IMG/VR virus record: IMGVR_UViG_3300028612_001124
Reading direction: 5' to 3' (one strand)
Length of the DNA stretch: 45,203 nucleotides
Origin: a virus
Program-made: the position numbers and the translations under genes
The notes under the pieces: model-generated
Told to the model about the DNA's origin: nothing
Seen by the model: only the letters and a program-made list of their open reading frames with translations
The model's database searches: none
Shown here: one piece after another, positions 42,570 through 45,203 of the stretch
Layout: each line of letters begins with the position of its first letter
Position numbering within the stretch: position 1 is the first letter of the stretch

Positions 42570-45026
42570 TTAGTGGGTTGTAACTGCTTTCAACAAATTG
42601 ACTTCGGCTGAAAGTTCTTGAACGGCCTTAACTAGCATAGGAACTAGCTTTCCGTAAGATGCTTCTAGCCTGTCTGGATTGCTCTTTAGTACGAGGTTCA
42701 GATAGTCTTCAGCATCCGCATTGATTTGAGCCTCGTCTAAATCTTGGGCGATAAAGCCAATCTCTTTGACGCCCTTCTTAGCGCCATCACGCATGTCCCA
42801 GACGAATTTGACGGGCTTCAGGTCGTTAATGAAGTCCAGACCGACTGGCAGTTCCTCGATGTCCTTTTTATCCCGCTCATCTGACAGAGAGGATATGGTC
42901 TGAACTTGGCAACGGATGGCTGAGATACTGCTGTTGCCAAATGTGATTTCATTGGATGCCGTGGCTGACGATGGATCAGCGCCGTTGCCCAAAGTTGTAT
43001 TATTGTTCCCTGTTGTAGTTAGATAACCAGCACCATAACCAACGGCAGTATTAGCTAAACCCGTTGTATTAGACTTTAAAGATTGCTGGCCCAAGGCAGT
43101 ATTGTTACTACCTGATGTATTTTCATACATGGCCATTCTACCAACAACAGTATTAAAGTTACCTGCTGTACTTTTAAATAAACTCTCTCTACCTAGAGAA
43201 ACATTATACTGGCCATTTATATTAGCTTTAAGAGCGTGCTGACCTACCGCAATATTTTCGCTACCTGTCGTATTGGCTTGTAAAGCCTTAAAACCAAGAG
43301 CAACATTATTAGAGCCTGTTGTGTTGGCCTCAAGCGAATTAGCCCCAGCCGCTGTGTTGTATGAACCAATGGTGTTGGCTAGAAGCGCCCAACCCCCAGT
43401 CGCTGAGTTTTTTGTACCAGTAGTGTTAGCTTTAAGCGATTCAAACCCAGCCGCTACGTTGTCCGACCCAGTGGTGTTGTATCGAAGCGCATAAACCCCA
43501 TTCGCTGAGTTGTGCGCACCAGTGGTGTTGGCATAAAGCGAACTCCCCCCAGTTGCTGTGTTACTCCAACCAGTGGTGTTGGAGTAAAGCGCATAATGCC
43601 CTAGAGCCGTGTTGACATCGGCAGTAGTATTTGCAGATAATGCAAAATCGCCAAACGCGACATTGTTATCCCCGGCAGTATTGGCATCAAGAGCATAAGC
43701 GCCCATGGCTGTGTTGCTTGCGCCAGTGGTGTTGGCCTCAAGCGAATTAGCCCCAGTCGCTGAGTTGTTTGAACCACTGGTGTTGCTAAAGAGCGCGCTT
43801 TTCCCAGTCGCTGTGTTGCTTGCGCCAGCGGTGTTGTTATGAAGCGAAGAATCCCCAGTCGCTGTGTTGTACCAACCAGTGATGTTGTTAAAAAGCGCAG
43901 AATTGCCAGTCGCTGTGTTGTATGAAGCAGTGGTGTTGTTTCGAAGCGATCGATACCCAATAGCAGTGTTATACCAACCAGTGGTGTTGCTATAAAGCGA
44001 TTGATACCCAGTCGCTGCGTTCGATGTACCAGTGGTGTTGTTTCGAAGCGAATTAGCTCCAGTCGCTGAGTTGTATGAAGCAGTGGTGTTGGCTAGAAGC
44101 GCATAAGACCCAAATGCTGAGTTGTTTGAACCAGTGGTGTTGCTATTTAAAGCCTGTACACCTAAAGCAGTATTATTACTGGCTGTCGCGTTGGAATATA
44201 AAGAGTGATCGCCTATAGCAACATTATTAGAACCAGTTGTATTATTCCTTAAAGAGTCGTGCCCCATAGAAGCATTATAGCTACCCGTCGTATTAGCGTA
44301 TAAAGCATAGCCCACAGCCATATTACGAACGCCTGTAGTGTTATACCTTAAAGAGTACGCCCCCACAGCAGCGTTATGAGTGCCTGTCGTGTTATCAAAT
44401 AAAGAGAAGTACCCCAAACCAGTATTGTTACTTACCGTAGTTTTATATAAAGCCGCCTCTCCTACGGCGGTATTACTACCTCCTGTCGCATTAAGTCGTA
44501 AAGCATTGCTGCCGACAGCAGTGTTGTAATGGGCCGTCGTATTGCTATATGAAGCAGCAATCCCTATGGCAGTATTCTTAGTGCCTGTCGTATTATATCT
44601 TAGAGCGTCTCTCCCTGCGGCAACATTACTGCTACCCGTTGTATTGTTCTTTAGGGCTTCGTAACCCACAGAACTGTTATCCTGACCAGTTGTATTAGCG
44701 TTTAAGGCTTGTTGCCCCACGGCGACACTGTAACTGGCTGTAGTATTGCTAGCCATAGCCAATCTGCCGATGGCAACATTATAAGTACCTACCGTGTTAC
44801 TTTCTAAAGCACTATAGCCTAAAGCAACATTGTAACCGCCTGTCGTATTATCATAGAGAGTTTTATAGCCAACAGCTATGTTACCAACACCTGTTGTGCT
44901 TCCAGACATAGCTAAATAGCCTACAGAAGTATTATTGTAGCCTGTTGTATTGGAGAGTAGGCTGTTATTACCGGCAGCAACATTACCATACCCCGATGAA
45001 TTACCTTCTAGAGTTCTGTAACCCAA
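42570..45026 (-). CDS. Tail fibre, C-terminal segment with intramolecular chaperone (peptidase S74-type) domain
   Basis: About 40 further 17-aa repeats, then SDERDKKDIEELP...GFIAQDLDEAQ...LVPMLVKAVQELSAEV (42573..42884). The frame is open upstream to 45059. There is no SD before the TTG at 45026, so this is probably not an independent gene. Confidence 0.75.
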   Translation of the reverse strand: MGYRTLEGNSSGYGNVAAGNNSLLSNTTGYNNTSVGYLAMSGSTTGVGNIAVGYKTLYDNTTGGYNVALGYSALESNTVGTYNVAIGRLAMASNTTASYSVAVGQQALNANTTGQDNSSVGYEALKNNTTGSSNVAAGRDALRYNTTGTKNTAIGIAASYSNTTAHYNTAVGSNALRLNATGGSNTAVGEAALYKTTVSNNTGLGYFSLFDNTTGTHNAAVGAYSLRYNTTGVRNMAVGYALYANTTGSYNASMGHDSLRNNTTGSNNVAIGDHSLYSNATASNNTALGVQALNSNTTGSNNSAFGSYALLANTTASYNSATGANSLRNNTTGTSNAATGYQSLYSNTTGWYNTAIGYRSLRNNTTASYNTATGNSALFNNITGWYNTATGDSSLHNNTAGASNTATGKSALFSNTSGSNNSATGANSLEANTTGASNTAMGAYALDANTAGDNNVAFGDFALSANTTADVNTALGHYALYSNTTGWSNTATGGSSLYANTTGAHNSANGVYALRYNTTGSDNVAAGFESLKANTTGTKNSATGGWALLANTIGSYNTAAGANSLEANTTGSNNVALGFKALQANTTGSENIAVGQHALKANINGQYNVSLGRESLFKSTAGNFNTVVGRMAMYENTSGSNNTALGQQSLKSNTTGLANTAVGYGAGYLTTTGNNNTTLGNGADPSSATASNEITFGNSSISAIRCQVQTISSLSDERDKKDIEELPVGLDFINDLKPVKFVWDMRDGAKKGVKEIGFIAQDLDEAQINADAEDYLNLVLKSNPDRLEASYGKLVPMLVKAVQELSAEVNLLKAVTTH

Positions 45027-45051
45027 ACCAACATTCTGGTTACCAGTTGTA

Positions 45052-45203
45052 TTATTCCTTAAAGAATAATAACCAAGAGCAGTACTACTGCCGCCTGTCG
45101 TGTTATATCTTAAAGAGTTATAGCCTACGGCGGCATTATTTGCGCCCGTTGTATTCTTATTTAAAGCGTTTATCCCAATGCTAACATTTTTATTTCCGGT
45201 TGT
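45052..45203 (-). CDS. 3' end of the fibre N-terminal segment ORF
   Basis: Same frame as 2394..1 via the overlap. It reads ...NSLRYNTTGGSSTALGYYSLKE, then TAA at 45054..45052. Confidence 0.75.
45061..45203. repeat. Terminal overlap copy 2 (identical to 1..143)
   Basis: Direct comparison. Confidence 0.95.

Larger units (their letters stand above)
1..45203. mobile_element. Complete temperate tailed-phage genome (unit about 45,060 bp; T7-like podovirus-type virion module, repressor/integrase/attP lysogeny module), circularly permuted contig
   Basis: One copy each of terS, terL, portal, scaffold, capsid, tail/ejection proteins, fibre, lysis, replication/recombination, repressor, integrase and an intact attP. 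The window ends overlap exactly by 143 bp. Confidence 0.85.

Noticed and set aside
45057-45063. Canonical -1 programmed frameshift on the zero-frame heptamer T_TTA_AAG in the fibre gene
   Set aside because: The heptamer is in the correct phase for -1 slippage. However, the -1 frame (GGA ATA ATA CAA ... CTC TAG) closes after 16 codons. The frame that continues the repeat motif is +1 (or -2), for which this sequence has no recognised stimulatory features.
42570-45203. Diversity-generating retroelement acting on the fibre
   Set aside because: No reverse transcriptase ORF and no template-repeat/variable-repeat pair with adenine-specific differences could be found. Variation here looks like tandem-repeat dynamics instead.

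Overview
The window is a single, complete temperate phage genome. Bases 1..143 are identical to 45061..45203, so the unit is about 45,060 bp, presented as a circularly permuted contig.

Gene layout:
- **Late operon (about 27 kb, minus strand).** It runs terS (4068..3559), a giant repeat-rich tail fibre that crosses the contig junction, terL, portal, scaffold and capsid. It continues with T7-like gp11/gp12/gp13/gp14/gp15/gp16-type tail and ejection proteins (including a 2,050-aa protein), a SleB-type lysin fusion and an MT-A70 methyltransferase.
- **Lysis cassette.** A small holin/spanin-like cassette (2471..3013) sits antisense inside the late operon.
- **Early operon (minus strand, 18258..7999).** It holds a Cro-like gene, a Gp157-like gene, a Sak4/AAA_24 ATPase, a DUF669-like protein, an SF2 helicase, a Cas4-like nuclease and a primase-helicase fusion. 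An iteron-type origin candidate, a Zn-ribbon protein and a VRR-NUC nuclease follow.
- **Immunity and integration.** An XRE repressor and a tyrosine integrase (plus strand, 18399..19841) are followed by an attP that copies the 3' part of a tRNA-Ala(CGC).
- **Accessory cassette.** A plus-strand cassette of unknown function lies at 4133..7837 and encodes a DUF5710-AAA+ ATPase, a coupled partner and small proteins.

Most notable observations:
- A frame break in the fibre gene lies exactly at the contig-overlap boundary.
- Several promoters share an extended -35 string and a CCTACA/TGTAGG operator.
- The origin candidate is an iteron and inverted-repeat region bracketed by 53-bp direct repeats.
- An ejection protein carries 11- and 22-residue repeats.
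- The lysin ORF has an internal SD-ATG.
- An AACCACCAY box recurs upstream of start codons.

All functional calls come from motifs read by eye. No database search was run.
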